Source of the DNA: a virus
Taxonomy: Duplodnaviria > Caudoviricetes
Virus record (IMG/VR): IMGVR_UViG_3300034171_000127
Location: 1-27,205 of that record
Strand: one strand, 5' to 3'
DNA: 27,205 nt
Numbering within the stretch: the first letter of the stretch is position 1; the number at the start of each line of letters is the position of its first letter. This document shows, one piece after another, positions 26,881 to 27,205 of the stretch. The notes below the pieces were generated by a model. The model was given only the letters and a program-made list of their open reading frames with translations, was not told the origin of the DNA and made no database searches. The position numbers and the translations under genes were made by a program.

Positions 26881-26960
26881 ATTTTTTGTAAAAATAAGCT
26901 TGAAATATAAAAGAATCATTATTTAAGATGTCTCCATAAAATCTAAGGAGGCATTAAAAT

Positions 26961-27205
26961 ATGAATTGTAATGAGGAAATTATAATAAAAATAATTGGTA
27001 AAACAACTCTGGAATATCCAGATATAGACCAATTAAAATTAAGGGATATCCTATATGAAGTTTTTTATAAATACGAGACATTCACGCTTGAACAATCTTT
27101 AGTTGCTAGTGATATTGAGGATAGGCTTATTATGTATCTAGCTGTAAAGAAGTTAGATGGATTATCTGATAAGACCTTGTACAATTATAGGTTAGTATTA
27201 CTTAA
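26961..27205 (+). CDS. tyrosine recombinase, N-terminal SAM-like part (truncated by window edge; not in ORF track)
   Basis: RBS AAGGAGG; MNCNEEIIIKIIG...YLAVKKLDGLSDKTLYNYRLVL matches the core-binding domain of XerD-like integrases; catalytic residues not visible. Confidence 0.75.
   Translation, partial: MNCNEEIIIKIIGKTTLEYPDIDQLKLRDILYEVFYKYETFTLEQSLVASDIEDRLIMYLAVKKLDGLSDKTLYNYRLVLL

Overview
AT-rich, Clostridium-like temperate siphophage (prophage) segment, almost all on the + strand. It runs from the end of the early region (XRE-HTH gene, candidate iteron/AT-rich origin, ArpU/RinA-type late activator) through packaging (terS-like, terL), head (portal, gp7-like, scaffold, decoration, capsid), connector and tail (tube, chaperones, tape measure, Dit, Gp37-like, fibre, XkdX, BppU/beta-helix spike) and lysis (holin, amidase-SPOR endolysin, second holin-like), ending in the 5' part of a tyrosine recombinase. 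The most unusual structure is three related cassettes inserted at gene boundaries of the late operon (about 2870-4140, 10701-12425 and 12733-13066). Each has a near-identical hairpin AAAGCCTACT-N4-AGTAGRYTTT and a small minus-strand ribbon-helix-helix gene; two of these genes are missing from the ORF track. Each also has sigmaA-type promoter(s) overlaid by cassette-specific repeats, back-to-back in cassettes 1 and 2 and with only the leftward one intact in cassette 3. The cargo differs: two unrelated HNH endonucleases and the 3' relic of a C5 DNA methyltransferase. All family assignments are by motif recognition; no database search was run.
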